52,316 bases of DNA from Guillardia theta CCMP2712 (taxonomy: Eukaryota; Protista; Cryptophyta), in NCBI RefSeq assembly GCF_000315625.1, contig NW_005434434.1:1-52316 (forward strand), written 5' to 3'. The translations under genes and the position numbers were made by a program. A model generated the notes under the pieces. It searched no databases and was not told the origin of the DNA. It was given only the letters and a program-made list of their open reading frames with translations. This document shows positions 12,352-28,847 of this stretch, piece after piece (the first letter of the stretch is position 1; every line of letters begins with the position of its first letter).

Positions 12352-15300
12352 TCAAGAACAGGAGCAGGAGCAAGACAGCAAGGGCAGCGGAATGGGCAGG
12401 AGATCCCCTGGTGGTCAGTTGCACAAGGTGATGGGGTTAAGGGTGCGCGGGGGAGAGGCTGTGAATTGAGAGCAGGAAGGGATGGACCTGGCGTGCAGAT
12501 TGGCTTCAATCGGTGACCTAGAGGACATTTTCCGTGCTCGCGGAGAGTTCCGTCCTCACCCATGCCTTGCAGCTGGATCGAGAGTCTGCGAGTGTGTCAG
12601 TTTGACCTTCTCCGCCCCCTCCTCCATCCGCTCGTACTGATTCAGCGCCTGCTCATCGCGCCCCTCCCCGTCATTGGCCTCGTGGATCTGAGAGAGCCTG
12701 GGGATGAAGAGCTGAAGGCAGTATTAGCAAGACCCTCTCCTGTCTCTCTGACCCATCACTCACGATCTCTTCTCTCTCCACTTCCTCCCTCGGAGTGTCG
12801 AAGATCCCCTCAGTGTACATGGCATGCGACTTGCACCTGTGTGAAGTTAGCGACGAGCACGACTATGAAATGCCTCCAACCAATCGATCGAAGCCATGAT
12901 GTAGACGCAATCGCCGCAGTCGACGATAGCGGAGGGATCAGGGCATGTGTACACGATGGGCAACTAAGCAACATCCGGTTAGCGAGCAGGTCACAGCCAA
13001 GGGACGGGAGTGACCGTGTTTCCTTTCTTGGGGTTGATACGGCGATAAATTCCAATGGGAATGGCATCGATCTTAATCATCTCCGAGAAAACCTGAGCGA
13101 AAGTCTTGCCAATGATCTCCTTGTTTGCTGGGATCTGTCGACATGTGTCATGCTTGTATGCCGATCTGAAAGAGCGACGTTCACCTTCCAGACTATGGAC
13201 GAGAATGGGCTCTGGGGGGCCTTACACATTGATTTGAGCAGATCCAAGACTCCTGACAATTTTCATCGTCAGCAACCCCATCACAGACTTTGGGAATCGA
13301 CGGTATGTGTCATATTCCTGTTCCCAACCTCTCCTTTCTCATCGTTGTCGTGACAAGATAAAAATCTCTTTCACCACCTCTAACGAGGGAACAGACCTGG
13401 TGTGTAGTACGCTGCTGCAAAGAGCGAGCTGAACTCAGCTCGATGGACGATCAACCCCGACGCATAGCGGAGGTGAGTTCGAGTTCCCTTCGAGCATGTC
13501 AGAGAGAAGAGGAAGGGGAAGAGGATGGCGAGGAGGGGAAGGAAGAGGAGACGAGGCTTACCTTTGACGAGAACGTCGTTTTCACATTGAGCTCCTCAAT
13601 GGAGGCTGATGCGGAGGTCTTGGACAGCACATCTTCCGACAGCTGCTTGATGTTGGCAGGGACCTGCAGCTCGCAGATGACGGTGGGCATGTGGGACCAC
13701 AAGGCGCATTGCGACTCGAAGATCGACTGCAGCAGAATCGCGTCCTGATCCATCATAATCGTCTCCGCGCCCCCCCCCGACGCTCCTGACCCTGAGATCA
13801 CAAGTAGCTTCGCGCACCTGTCAACCCCTGCCCTGATCAGCGAGCGGAGCTTCAACGGACTGCCTTGGATGTAAACGACATTTGTGTGCTCGGCTAAGAA
13901 CTCCAGGATCTTTGAGCTGACTGGTCGCTCGTAGAGGATGGTGATGGGGATGGAGGTCATGGGAGTGGGAAGAACCTGGGTACGTAGCTGGCGAACAGTG
14001 GAGGTGATCTGAGGAAAGAGGGAGCCAGTGTTGTCCAGCCCGATGATGACGATGTGGTTGCCCCTCTTCACGATCTCTTCCTGGCACTGGGGAAGTGAAA
14101 CAAACTGTGCACGTAAGTAAGAAGCGGCAGCATGAAGAGGAGGAGGAGGAGGTCGAAGGAGAGGGGAAGGGGGGGAGAAGGAAAAAGAACAAGATCGGAG
14201 GAGTAAAGGAGGCGCTGATGTGGAGGAGAAGGAGAAAGGATGAGTGGGTGAGGTTGGGGCGGAGAAGAGTCCTTGCTGCACAGTGCTTCTCACCTCCTCT
14301 TCCTCAAACAATGCATCGGAGCCACTGGGAAGTGGTTGGACCGGCTTTTGCTTCTTCTCCTCCTTCTTGATCCGCGGGTACCCGAGTCGACCCATAGCAC
14401 CTCCTCTCGGGATCCCAGCGCGACCCACAACTCCGACAGGCATCGCCCCCCCCCTCTTACTGGTAGCAGTGCTCTTGGCAACGCTACGGGTTCTGGATAT
14501 GTAAGCCGTCTTTCTGTCATCCTCCTCGCCATCAGCCCCGAAGTTTCCCATCTCGTTCCCGACGTCGTTGAGCTCCGACAGGGCGAGAAGCGCTGGCCGA
14601 GACATGGTCGCTGCGATGCGCCGCCTCTCAGTCTGAACCTGCTCGATCGCCGCGTTCCTGTTGTTCTCGTATGCTATCAGCCAATCCCTCCCCTCGTGCC
14701 TCCGGATGCTCTCCAACGAATCCTCATCGTTGGCGATGCAGAAGAACACGGTCGAGTCCTGCACGATGAACCGACTCCCAGGATTCATCACAACCTGCCC
14801 GTCTCGATCTTGCGCAGCTATCAGCATCACACCGCAATCCTCGTAGACTTCTCGAGCAGTCTGGCAGAAGTCCTTCCCCGTGTAAGACTCCCGCAGCTGC
14901 AAACCATAGAGCTCTTTGCTGGCCCCGTCCATGTACTCCTCGAGCCAAGCATCTTGCGGCTCGTACTCGTCCAGCCCTTCGATGTCTGGCAAGGCAAGGT
15001 TGATGATCATGGTGCTGAGCCCAACACACTGGCAGGAGGAAGCGATGGTCGAGATCTCGAGATCGTCCAGCCCGCAGCACATACTCTCTGGGATGCCAGC
15101 CTGCACTGCGTACTTGATGTGCTTGGCTTCCATCATCATCACTAGCATGGGAGTCTTGTAGATACGGTATACAGCAGCTGCTCTCACGATGTTCTGCAGA
15201 TCCTCCCGCATCGGGTGGTTGTTGAGGTCGGCGAGCACGAAACAGATCTCGACCTGCCACCAAACTTCACTCGTCTGCCACAGGAGGCACCAGCAATGTT

Positions 15301-17056
15301 ACGTTGCTGATCCTTGCCCTCTCCAAGTCTGCCACAGAGGCCGGGCTCCCCCACAGGTACTTGATATTCGCCCTGGTCGCCCACCTTGTGTTCAGCAGGG
15401 CCACCATCTCCTCCTCCGGTCCTTTAGGGGCCATCAGGACCACCTCCGGCACCTTATCACCTTGACTCACAAGCATCAGCTGATGTCCTTGACAAGGATC
15501 AACGTCTCACCATGTGACGAGCTGACGAGGGACAGCAAGAAGGATTCCAGCACACTGATCGAGCCGCTGACCACCCCTCCCCCGATGACCAGCACGTGCT
15601 TGGCCTTCGGGTTTCTCGGCGTGAACTTTCCCTTTCCAGTCGCCGACAGCTGTAAAAGCGAAGAGCTGAGAACAATTTCTCAGCTCAGCCTCCCAGTACC
15701 TTAGCAATGGCCATTATGGTGCCGGTCTCAATGGAGAAGAACAAGACGCCACCAAGAATCACTGCGATCACAAAGAGCCGTCCAAGGACGGTCGACGGCG
15801 CGTAATCGCCGTACCTGCATGAGAGGCAGGCATCAGGCGTACAACGAGAGAGCCAGTGTCTGCTTACCCGACAGTTGAGATCGTCACGAACGTGTAGTAG
15901 CACATGGTCATGAAGGAGGTGCTCCCCATGCCCGTTGACAGCTCCTTGTCGCTACCTCCGGGCAGGTCCCCTTGAAGGAGATCAGAGAGAAGGAGGGGAG
16001 CAAGATGCCATTCTTCACCGAGAGTTTCAAACACAAACATAGTCCCAGCAAAGAAGATGACAATAACAATGAATTTGATCAAACTTCTGATCATAGCTCG
16101 TGTAAACTCCTCCATCTGTTGAAGTCATCACTTCCGAAGGATCACGCCAGGTCGGCTTCAACTCTCTCACCTCGGACATAATGCTGGAATTCTCAATCTC
16201 TCTCCACGTGAATAGTACCCTCACTGCTCGAATGTAGGAGAACGTGACCTGGAGGCAACCCATCAGAGTCGTTCCTGGAGCCATTCAGATCGAACCCAAG
16301 AAGGGCGGGGGCATAGATCCCCGCAGTAGGAGAAGCCGCCTTCCCTGGTCGGATGTCAGAACTCCAGAGCAGCGTAAGGGCTTTTACTCACTGTAGGAAG
16401 AGTGGGACCACGGTGAAAACGTCTATCAAGCTGCGGGAGGAAAACGTGTGCATCGGGTCGAACTGGTATCTAGCAGCATCCAGCAAATGGGCGAACATGT
16501 AGAATATGTTGATGACGAATTCCAGCCAGAACACCTGCCTCTGTCTTCAGGGCATTGCGAGCGCCTCACAGCTGCCTGACCCCAAATGGTACCCGGAACA
16601 TGTACGTCTTGTATATCCATAGGATCACCTGCATCCAGCGACATCAGAGTGATGAGCTTGCCTGCCAGGGTTCTCACCGTGATGATCGACAGGCAGAACT
16701 GCAGCAAGTTTCTGCAAACAAGATGCAAAGTGATCAAGTGCGAGAGAAAGTGAACGCAGGTCACATTCGAGTTTCAAACTCCCGGAAGATGGGCTCCTCT
16801 TCAAAGTGTCCTATCCACTTGCCTGACATGGAATGTGAGCGCGGAGACGAGCATGGCAGCGTCTCTTCTCACGGATGAACTTCTTCACAGGCTCTGGTGA
16901 TTTGACAAAGAGGGGTTGCATGCAGCAGCTGAAAAGGAAGACGCCCACCAGCACAATAATGCTCCACAGCACCTGTATCAAGACTGCTGCCCACCCTGTC
17001 CCTCCAACCTCAGAGAGTGTTGGGGGCGTCAGGAGGGATTGTTGCTTATCTACCAT
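11911..17056 (-). CDS. Slo/BK-family potassium channel (S0-S6, pore, RCK1/RCK2) with C-terminal Cys/His zinc finger
   Basis: S4-like FSYIRAVRVL; pore YYTFVTISTVG|YGDYAPSTVLGRLF; RCK motifs KHVLVIGGG, YIQGSPLKLRSLIRAGV, YASGLIVHRAEFSSLFAAAYYTPG, AIPIGIYR, IVYTCPDP; then CPLGHRL..W-ACDEC..MYGCKKCRWVCCMEC; stop at 11911. Confidence 0.92.
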
Positions 17057-17559
17057 CTCCGCCTCTCTGAAAGGGGTGCAGAAATTCAATCAAATTGATC
17101 CAAGGAATCTCGCCGCATCAAAGCATAGCCATGCACCTGTCAGATGGACATCAAACCGGTTACCACCGTTCCAACATCATCCTTCCAAGCTTCGAACCAT
17201 CCAGCACATCCACATCATTGATAAGGAGAACGGATTTGTTCATGTCACTCCAGTTGCTGACGGCAAGAACCAACTAAAAACATTGCTTTGCCATTCTAGT
17301 CTCTCGCACTGACACAAGACACAGCTATGACAGAGAAGGAGAATTCACTTCACATCGAAGCACATCTAGAATATTCAATGCTGTGGCATGTTCGCGGGTC
17401 GGGTCAGCCGAGTCCTCCACGAACAAGACAGATACATTCTGAGGAAGAACATTCCAGCCATCTCTGAACGAGAAAGAGGTCAAGGTCTACTCAAATCAGA
17501 CTGGCATGTGGCACATCCCCTTGGAAACTGAACAATCAACCATACCCGTCGCTACCTCC

Positions 17560-18040
17560 TTCCTGTCGTCTCCTCCCCCCCCCCTTCCCTCTCTCTCTTC
17601 ACCTTCTCTCACATTTTCCCCTACAGTGCTTTGCCCGCCATTGGCATTCCCAAAATTCACACAGAACCCTACCCCCCCCATTGCCTACACACACGCACAG
17701 CAGTGACGACCCACCCCTATTCTTTGTCGTACCCCTAATGCCCGTAGATCAATCCATATAATTTGTACCCCCACCCCCTCTGTTTCCAGGTTGATCGCAC
17801 ATCCACCCCTATCAAGTACGAGTATTTCCATCATTCTCCACTATCGAAAAGCGAACACCTCACGGCTCTTGAACATGGACCTTGGACACCCCTACTTCCA
17901 CCACCCACGTGGTGTATACCACCCTAAGTTTTTGAACAACCACCCCTCCTTTTGATTCACGACAAAGGATATTGTGGCATCATTGGTGTGACCGGGCCCG
18001 GGTCCGGGACCAACGGCCGGAGCCCGGGAGTCTGCGAGTC
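17560..18040. promoter_or_regulatory. ACCCC-rich tract + short GC core between divergent genes
   Basis: Lies between the BK start (-) and the fucosyltransferase-like start (+). Confidence 0.45.
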
Positions 18041-18284
18041 ACTGAGAAAGTTTGCTTTCAGGAATGCGGCAAAGAAACTTGATAATGCAGCAGTAGCTGG
18101 AGCAGCGGCGGCGGCAGGAAGACAAGCGGGAGGTAGGAGGAAGGATTTGAGACGCATCACCTTGGACCAGGATCACAGATCTGCAGGGAGGAGATCGCGG
18201 GGTGATGATGCAAGTTGAAGCTTGCATCGACACGTCTGGCATGGGCAAGTAGGATCCTTGAGAAGCTTCTAGCTCAGATCGGAG

Positions 18285-22207
<3,923 letters not shown>

Positions 22208-22303
22208 CAGAAAAACACTCATCATGTCTATGATACAATGTTTCATCATGTCTGCTGTAAACCATCTCGTCACGCCTGCTATTTTCAAAGTTTTCCTCTT
22301 GGT

Positions 22304-23384
22304 TCATTTCGAGACTGAGACCCTCTGCATCGCAATCAACACTTCTGCCAACTTGCAGTCTTCACTCGACATGCCCGACGACGGACTTGTCTGCACATGA
22401 TGTCCTGATGGAGTTTGAAACCAACGTCAACTGCACATGGCGCAAGGCCCTGTCATGCAGACCTTGGAATACTTGTGGCATCACTGTTGAAAGATGAAGA
22501 TCATCAATAGCTATCCACGCGTCATAGCTGTTCGCACATGTCAACATCACATCTCAATGTCAGAGCAGCTCTTTCCTTCCTGCATTCTCTCGCAACCATT
22601 CTTCAATCTCCCTCCCACGTGTCAGGCAAACGGCATCTGCCTGCTCCAAGTCATCGCTCTCGAATCTTGCTTCAAATGTCATTGCTTTCCTTGTTTTCGT
22701 TACTGCCATAGTCTCCCCCCCCCCCCCCGGCCCCTTATTCATCCCCCTCCTCGTTCCTCACAGTTTCTCTTCCCCATTTCTCCCAGTCTAAGACGTTTGT
22801 CGCCTCCAAGTCCGTCATCAAACCAGCCAACCAGAAAGTCTGCACCAAACAGTTCACATGCACTCCGTCCTTGCTCGGCATCCTCCACACCTGCTTGATT
22901 TTCTGCTTTAGCCTGTCGTGGATCCTCCATGTGCTGCTCAACACGATTCGAGCGCTAGCTCTGGGAGCGCGTGTCAAGGGCCCTGCGCTGATCCCAAGTG
23001 TACACCTCCTCACCTTCTCACGAACCCCACGAATCGGTGAACCAGCTCGGGCTCCTGCTCCTGCGTCACTCTCGTAGCGAGAGGAGAAGAAATATGTCCG
23101 AAGTAGTACAAGCATCTCGGAGCTGCTCCTCTCCGTGTTCAGCACTCCATCTATGTCCAGGAACACGATGACCCTGGACTTATCCTCTGCCGGCCCACCT
23201 CGTTGGTGCTGTTAGGCCTTGTAGCGCCGCAGGGTCGCATACCTTCATGGGCTCCTCTCCTCCTCCTCTCCTCCTCCTCGAGATCCTCCTCCTCAAGCCC
23301 CTCCAGGGAGCCGCAACTCTCGCATACATCCTCCTCCACCCGCCCCCCGCATAGCGGACAGGAGCGTGCTCTAGCCCCAGCCAT
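22304..23384 (-). CDS. HAD-superfamily phosphatase (Swiss-Army-Knife RNA-repair type, HAD_SAK_2) with N-terminal zinc ribbon
   Basis: CPLCGG..CESCG; FLDIDGVLN; ARIVLSSTWR; RGREIEEWL; WIAIDDL; HHVQTSPSSGMSSEDCKLA. Confidence 0.85.
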
Positions 23385-24903
23385 GTTTCCGCTCTTTTTT
23401 AGTCAAGTGGGGAAATCAATGCAATAATTGTACACATGGAGGCAAAACTCGAGTCGGCCTCAGGCCAGCATGAGAAGGTTGAGAAAGACAGCAGCTACTG
23501 TAATATCCCCACCTCCTCGAGTCGGCCAATAACACCGTACCGTTGTTGAGTAAAGAATTGCCACAAACTTGGTTTTCCCGCGCGACCAGGGAGGAAGGAG
23601 TCAGGAGGGAGGAGGCAAGAGGAGGGAGCAGGAGGGAGCAGGCAAGAGGAGGAGGAGGCAAGAGGAGGGAGTAGGAGGAGGCAGGAGGGGGGTCATTGGA
23701 TTCACTTGCGGCTACGGCGCAGTTGAATCTACTTCAGTGAGCGCCAGAAATAAATTCTTGCATGCGAATACTTAGTACTATCAAGAATGTCCTGACCCAT
23801 GTTGCAGGCGGTCAGATCATGGCGGGAATGGAAGAGAGCGATGGGCCAAAGGCTGGAGATATACATCGAGCTGCCTTCTGCATCAGACCTGAACAAGACG
23901 TCGACCTGCATTATATCTTCAATGGAATGATGGAAGATGTCAAATCAGTGGCAAGCAGCAACCAGGAGTCCTTCTATGACGTGCACGTGAAGCGAGGAGA
24001 ATACGTCTGCTTTGAGATGTCGCAAGATATGCACAAGATCCTGACCAAGATTGTTCAGCTCTCACGTCTGTATTCTCCCGGAGGATTGAAGGACCATTTT
24101 CTTGGACGTCAAGCGAAGATCAGGGCCTTTGGTGTCATCGTGAGCGGAGATAGGAGAGAGTTTGAAGATCTTGGTGAGAAAGTCAGAGCTTTCTTTGTGG
24201 AGACGAGCAAAATTCCAAAGTTGTCCAAGAATCTGATCGATCAATCGATCCCGTTCTTCCTCTGTCTAGTAAACCATGAAAATCTCTATAGTCAGGTAAC
24301 AGATCTGAAACTGTCAGTAGAGGATCTCAAGGATTCGATGGAGGTAATGAGCCGCAGAGCGCTTTGTTGTCTTGTTGCTTTTGAAGCTGATTATCAACCT
24401 CGGATCATGGTAGGAAAGATTTGCTCAACAGCAGGGACTCAAGGAGTCAGTGGAGGATCTGAAGCAGTCGATGGAGGCAATGCAGGAGTCAATGAAGGTA
24501 ACTTTGTCTTGTTTCTTTTGAAGAGACTGATTATCAACCTCGGATCATGAAGGTAACTTTGTCTTGTTTCTTTTGAAGAGACTGATTATCAACCTAGGAG
24601 ATGAAAGGTCGCATTGTAGAAGAGCTCAAAGAGCTGCTCTAAGGTCTTTTGCCGCAATCATCGTGACTCTTGTCGGCAATCTTTTCGTCCGTCTTCGTTC
24701 CTAATAGGCAGCCGATGATATTTTAGTGTGATTTTTCTTTTTATTATTTTCTCTTCTACTAGCGTAATGAAACTGTTGCAACAATAGTCACCGGAGTCTA
24801 GAAGGGGAGGAAGGAACGAGGCCGGGAGTCACAGGGAAGGACAGGGGGCCTGAGAATAAGACAAGAAGCGCCTGCGCGGGGTCTCGACCAACCTTGCACT
24901 TTC
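22788..24903. repeat. Segmental duplication, copy 1 (~2.1 kb)
   Basis: Near-identical to 25608-27654 at an offset of ~2.82 kb; more diverged at the right end. Confidence 0.97.
23819..24642 (+). CDS. Hypothetical protein, putative PD-(D/E)xK-like domain + C-terminal coiled coil (copy 1)
   Basis: ORF plus introns 24344-24413 and 24498-24597, ending EMKGRIVEELKELL*. Motif EQDVDL...YVCFEMS...KIVQLSR. The nuclease call is tentative. Confidence 0.7.
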
Positions 24904-25360
24904 TCTGAACGCAGGTCACCTTCGAGTTTCAAACTCCCGGAAGATGGGCTCCTCTTCAAAGTGTCCTATCCACTTGCCTGACATGGAATGTGAGCGCGGA
25001 GACGAGCATGGCAGCGTGTCTTCTCACGGATGAACTTCTTCACAGGCTCGGGTGACTTGACGAAGAGGGGTTGCATGCAGCAGCTGAAAATGAAAGACGC
25101 CCACCAGCACAATAATGCTCCACAGCACCTGCTGCCTACCTTGTCCCTCACTCCAGTTGCTGACGGCAAGATCCAACTAAAAGCAGTTTTCCATTCCAGT
25201 CTCTCGCACTACACAAGATCCACGAACAAGACAGATACAGTCTGAGGAAGAACATTCCAGCCCGTCTCTGAACGTGAAAGAGGTCCAGGTCTCCTCAAAT
25301 CAGGCTGGCATGCGGCACATCCGCTTTGTAACTGCACAATCACACATACCCATCGCTACC
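24904..25360 (-). pseudogene. Deleted, frameshifted copy of the BK channel 5' region (source ~16751-17556)
   Basis: Blocks match 16751-16974, ~16987-17001, ~17245-17318 and ~17416-17556. The start codon region is missing. Confidence 0.92.
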
Positions 25361-25607
25361 CTGCCCCTGCCCCCGTCTCTGTCTCTGTCTCTGTCTCCGC
25401 CCCTGCCCCTGTCTCAGTCTCTGTCTCCGGCTCTGTCTCTGCCCCTACCTCTGTCCCTGCCCCTGCCCCCGTCTCTGTCTCTGCCCCTGCCTCTGCCCCT
25501 GCCCCTGCCCCTGCCCACTGTCTCTGTCTCTGCCCCTGCCCCTGCCCCCGTCTCAGTCTCTGCCCCTGCCTCTGTCCCTGCCCCTGCCCCTGTCTCTGTC
25601 TCTACCC
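25360..25607. repeat. Hexamer microsatellite (CCCCTG/TCTCTG)n at the duplication junction
   Basis: Visible directly. Confidence 0.95.
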
Positions 25608-26207
25608 CTAAGACGTTTGTCGCCTCCAAGTCCGTCATCAAACCAGCCAACCAGAAAGTCTGCCACCGACAGTTCACATGCACTCCGTCCTTACTCGGCA
25701 TCCTCCACGCCTGTTTGATTTTCTGCTTCAGCCTGTCGTGGATCCTCCATGTGCTGCTCAACACGATTCGAGCGCTAGCTCTGGGAGCGCGTGTCAAGGG
25801 CCCTGCCGCAGTGCGCTGATCCCAAGTGTACACCTCCTCACCTTCTCACGAACCCCACGAATCGGTGAACCAGCTCGGGCTCCTGCTCCTGCGTCACTCT
25901 CGTAGCGAGAGGAGAAGATATATGTCTACAAGCATCTCAGAGCTGCTCCTCTCCGTGTTCAGCACTCCATCTATGTCCAGGAACACGATGACCCTGGACT
26001 TATCCTCTCCCGGCCCACCTTGTTGGTGCTGTCAGGCCTTGGAGCGCCGCAGGGTCGCATACCTTCATGGGCTCCTCTCCTCCTCCTCCTCTCCTCCTCC
26101 TCGAGATCCTCCTCCTCAAGCCCCTCCAGGGAGCCGCAACTCTCGCATACATCCTCCTCCACCCGCCCCCCGCATAGCGGACAGAAGCGTGCTCTAGCCC
26201 CAGCCAT
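25608..26207 (-). pseudogene. 3'-truncated copy of the HAD_SAK_2 gene
   Basis: Identity ends at DLEATNVL, where the sequence runs into the microsatellite. The WIAIDD motif exon is absent. Confidence 0.85.
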
Positions 26208-26641
26208 GTTTCCGCTCTTTTTTAGTCAAGTGGGAAAATCAATGCAATAATTGTACACATGGAGGCAAAACTCGAGTCGGCCTCAGGCCAGCATGAGAAG
26301 GTTGAGAAAGACAGCAGCTACTGTAATATCCCCACCTCCTCGAGTCGGCCAATAACACCGTTCCGTTGTTGAGTAAAGAATTGCCACAAACTTGGTTTTC
26401 CCGCGCGACCAGGGAGGAAGGAGTCAGGAGGGAGGAGGCAAGAGGAGGGAGCAGGAGGGAGCAGGCAAGAGGAGGAGGAGGCAAGAGGAGGGAGCAGGAG
26501 GAGGCAGGAGGGGGGTCATTGGATTCACTTGCGGCTACGGCGCAGTTGAATCTACTTCAGTGTGCGCCAGAAATAAATTCTTGCATGCGAATACTTAGTA
26601 CTATCAAGAATGTCCTGACCCATGTTGCAGGCGGTCAGATC

Positions 26642-27421
26642 ATGGCGGGAATGGAAGAGAGCGATGGGCCAAAGGCTGGAGATATACATCGAGCTGCCTT
26701 CTGCATCAGACCTGAACAAGACGTCGACCTGCATTATATTTTCAATGGAATGATGGAAGATATCAAATCAGTGGCAAGCAGCAACCAGGAGTCCTTCTAT
26801 GACGTGCACGTGAAGCGAGGAGAATACGTCTGCTTTGAGATGTCGCAAGATATGCACAAGATCCTGACCAAGATTGTTCAGCTCTCACGTCTGTATTCTC
26901 CCGGAGGATTGAAGGACCATTTTCTTGGACGTCAAGCGAAGATCAGGGCCTTTGGTGTCATCGTGAGCGGAGATAGGAGAGAGTTTGAAGATCTTGGTGA
27001 GAAAGTCAGAGCTTTCTTTGTGGAGACGAGCAAAAGTCCAAGGTTGTCCAAGAATCTGATCGATCAATCGATCCCGTTCTTCCTCTGTCTAGTAAACCAT
27101 GAAAATCTCTATAGTCAGGTAACAGATCTGAAACTGTCAGTAGAGGATCTCAAGGATTCGATGGAGGTAATGAGCCGCAGAGCGCTTTGTTGTCTTGTTG
27201 CTTTTGAAGCTGATTATCAACCTCGGATCATGGTAGGAAAGATTTGCTCAACAGCAGGGACTCAAGGAGTCAGTGGAGGATCTGAAGCAGTCGATGGAGG
27301 CAATGCAGGAGTCAATGAAGGTAACTTTGTCTTGTTTCTTTTGAAGAGACTGATTATCAACCTCGGATCATGGTAGGAGATGAAAGGTCGCATTGTAGAA
27401 GAGCTCAAAGAGCTGCTCTAA
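26642..27421 (+). CDS. Hypothetical PD-(D/E)xK-like/coiled-coil protein (copy 2)
   Basis: Intact paralogue of 23819-24642 with few substitutions (e.g. V>I, IPK>SPR). Confidence 0.7.
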
Positions 27422-27699
27422 GGTCTTTTGCCGCAATCATCGTGACTCTTGTCGGCAATCTTTTCGTCCGTCTTCGTTCCTGTTAGGCAGCCGATGATAT
27501 TGTAGTGTTATTTTTCTTCTTATTGTTTTCAAGTTCTCTTTTACTAGCGTAATGAAACTCAGTTGCAACAATAGTCACCGTAGTCTGGGGTAACTTCCGT
27601 AGAGAAGTGATGTGACGACTCTGAGGATGTGGCTCTCGACCAACCTTGCACTTTGTGCCTCTTCTCAAGCTCAACTTGGCAAGTTCATCTTCACCCGGG

Positions 27700-28340
27700 C
27701 CGCATCATGGCCGAAGTCAGCGCATCTTGTCAGCGGATGTCACGGCCGCCCCGGCCGGGCGCACCAGCGGGTGACCCTCAGGCTTGCCACGGTCTGCAGG
27801 ATCGGATCGACGCTCAGTACAACTCAACACTGTCATCGGGCCCCGGCTCCGTGTGAAGAAGCTTACCGTTCAGGTCAGCCTCAGACTGTAATTCAAAACG
27901 TTTGAAAGACAGAAAGATTGATTTAGTCCTTATTCACACTTCCTGGTGAAGCTTCGTAGTTCGTGCCTCAATCACCCCACCCTCACTTTTCCACCATACA
28001 TAGAATTTCTACCCTTTACAACATTGCATTACCCTACCCATCTTTTATGCTCTCAAGTACCCCACCCTCATATTTTCGACATACTCCGGGGACTTACACC
28101 CCTTTGAAACCCTGCCTTCTCCTGCAACAGAGTACCCACCCTGTCGGAAAACTTCATTTCTATCACCCACCCCAGTCATCAAAATTCCATAACCCCACCA
28201 CCTTCCAATTCAACTACCCCCCCCATTCTACCGTAACTCTAGCTAATCCGCGCACAACACCTTACCCACCTCCTCCTCCAGCATTGCGATACCACGGTAT
28301 GCACCTCCCCTTCCCCCGACTTCCCCGTCCTCCCTGCCAG
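27700..28340. promoter_or_regulatory. GC core + ACCCC-rich tract upstream of the PP2C gene
   Basis: Same composition pattern as the other intergenic modules. Confidence 0.4.
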
Positions 28341-28356
28341 CTCTTGATCTTCGGAA

Positions 28357-28531
28357 CATGCTCTGACCTCTTTGCTCTGACCTCCCTCTCTCAATCTTCT
28401 TTCACCATATCGGATCATGCTCTGACCTCTTTGCTCTGACCTCCCTCTCTCAATCTTCTTTCACCATATCAGATCAATCATGCTCTGACCTCTCTGGTCT
28501 AACCTCACTCTCTCAATCTTCTTTCACCATA
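28357..28531. repeat. ~59-63 bp tandem repeat, 3 copies
   Basis: Unit CATGCTCTGACCTCTTTGCTCTGACCTCCCTCTCTCAATCTTCTTTCACCATATC(G/A)GAT. Confidence 0.9.
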
Positions 28532-28847
28532 GCAGCGTTGGTTTTCCTCTTCGGTGGTATCCCTTTCACACCCGTGCCGCCCCCTGCCCCTGCCGCCCCC
28601 CCCCCCCCCCACCTCCCCGCAACCCACGCCGCGCGCGAGCTCGAGCAATGTTAGAGTAGTCTTCTTTACATACTTACCTCTCCATCACTTGCAGCTTGGT
28701 CCACACACCAATGTCTCTTCTTCCTCTCATACCTCCAAACCCAGCTTCATAGGAACATGCGAAAAGCACTGTGTATTTCATCACTTCTCACCGCGCACGA
28801 AGTCATGAGCGTCCTGACCGAAGTGCTTCTCAGACTAAGACTCCAAG

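Larger units (their letters stand above)
25608..27654. repeat. Segmental duplication, copy 2
   Basis: Near-identical to 22788-24903. Confidence 0.97.
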
